34,930 bases of DNA from Catajapyx aquilonaris (taxonomy: Eukaryota), in NCBI GenBank assembly GCA_000934665.2, contig JYFJ02004082.1, positions 1-34,930 on the forward strand, given 5' to 3'. The translations under genes were made by a program, and so were the position numbers. The notes beneath the pieces were generated by a model, which was given only the letters and a program-made list of their open reading frames with translations, searched no databases and was not told the origin of the DNA. Below are positions 34,384-34,930 of this stretch, in pieces (positions within the stretch are counted from its first letter, which is position 1; each line of letters begins with the position of its first letter).

Positions 34384-34930
34384 GTAATTATACATGTCTT
34401 GGCATCATTTTGTTTCATTGTTGACCTTTCAAAATAATTGCATAATGCTTATTACACAGCGCAACAAAAAAAAACTTTCGGCGTGTTATTCGGAAACCTC
34501 TATACACATCATGTTAGTAGGACCCAAAGTAGCTGGGAAACGCCCGGGATTTTTCTCCCAAAATGTGCAGTGGGTCAGGGTGACCAAAAACCGAAAAATT
34601 CAAAATATTGACGTTTTTTGGCCTATTTCCAGGTCTGGCAACCACTGTAAGTTTCGGATTTTGTTTTTGCTGGCATTAGGTGTTACCTGGGACTAGTCTG
34701 AAGCCACTATGGTGTTTAAAGTCAATCTTTTATAGAGACTGTGGTTTTCCAGGGTCCTTTTTATGGAAAAAATTCCGTTTTTTGCTACTTTTTCGTCAAT
34801 TTTTGGGGAACAGTGTATGGACTTTTTTTAAATAAAGTGTAGCGTAATGGGCTCTTTAGAGACCCTACAATCAAGGAATAATAGTAGAACTTTCCTATGC
34901 AACCCTAGTACGCGTGTGCAAAAGCCTAAT

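Overview
Eukaryotic, AT-rich, TE-dense genomic DNA, most likely from an arthropod (the gene and TE types suggest a non-dipteran insect; this is inference). Three intron-containing genes can be spliced by hand. NAA60 (N-alpha-acetyltransferase 60) is on + in 5 coding exons (13877-20904, about 281 aa). mLST8/LST8 (TORC1/TORC2 WD40 subunit) is on - in 6 coding exons (30701/30635-28099). A divergent UBXN4-like gene is on + (first 4 coding exons, 31622-34383, continuing past the window) and is absent from the ORF track as a recognisable protein. NAA60 and mLST8 are tail-to-tail; mLST8 and the UBXN4-like gene are head-to-head across about 0.9 kb. The main observation is that each of the three adjacent, unrelated genes carries a minor-spliceosome (U12-type) intron: AT-AC in NAA60 (18891-20768), GT-AG in mLST8 (30152-30500) and a 65-nt GT-AG intron in UBXN4-like (34027-34091). 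The rest is a 5'-truncated RTE LINE, tRNA-derived SINEs, and many MITEs and foldback elements (Tc1/mariner/pogo, PIF/Harbinger, hAT, piggyBac, Sola-like), several nested. All gene models and TE assignments are by eye, without database searches or RNA data.
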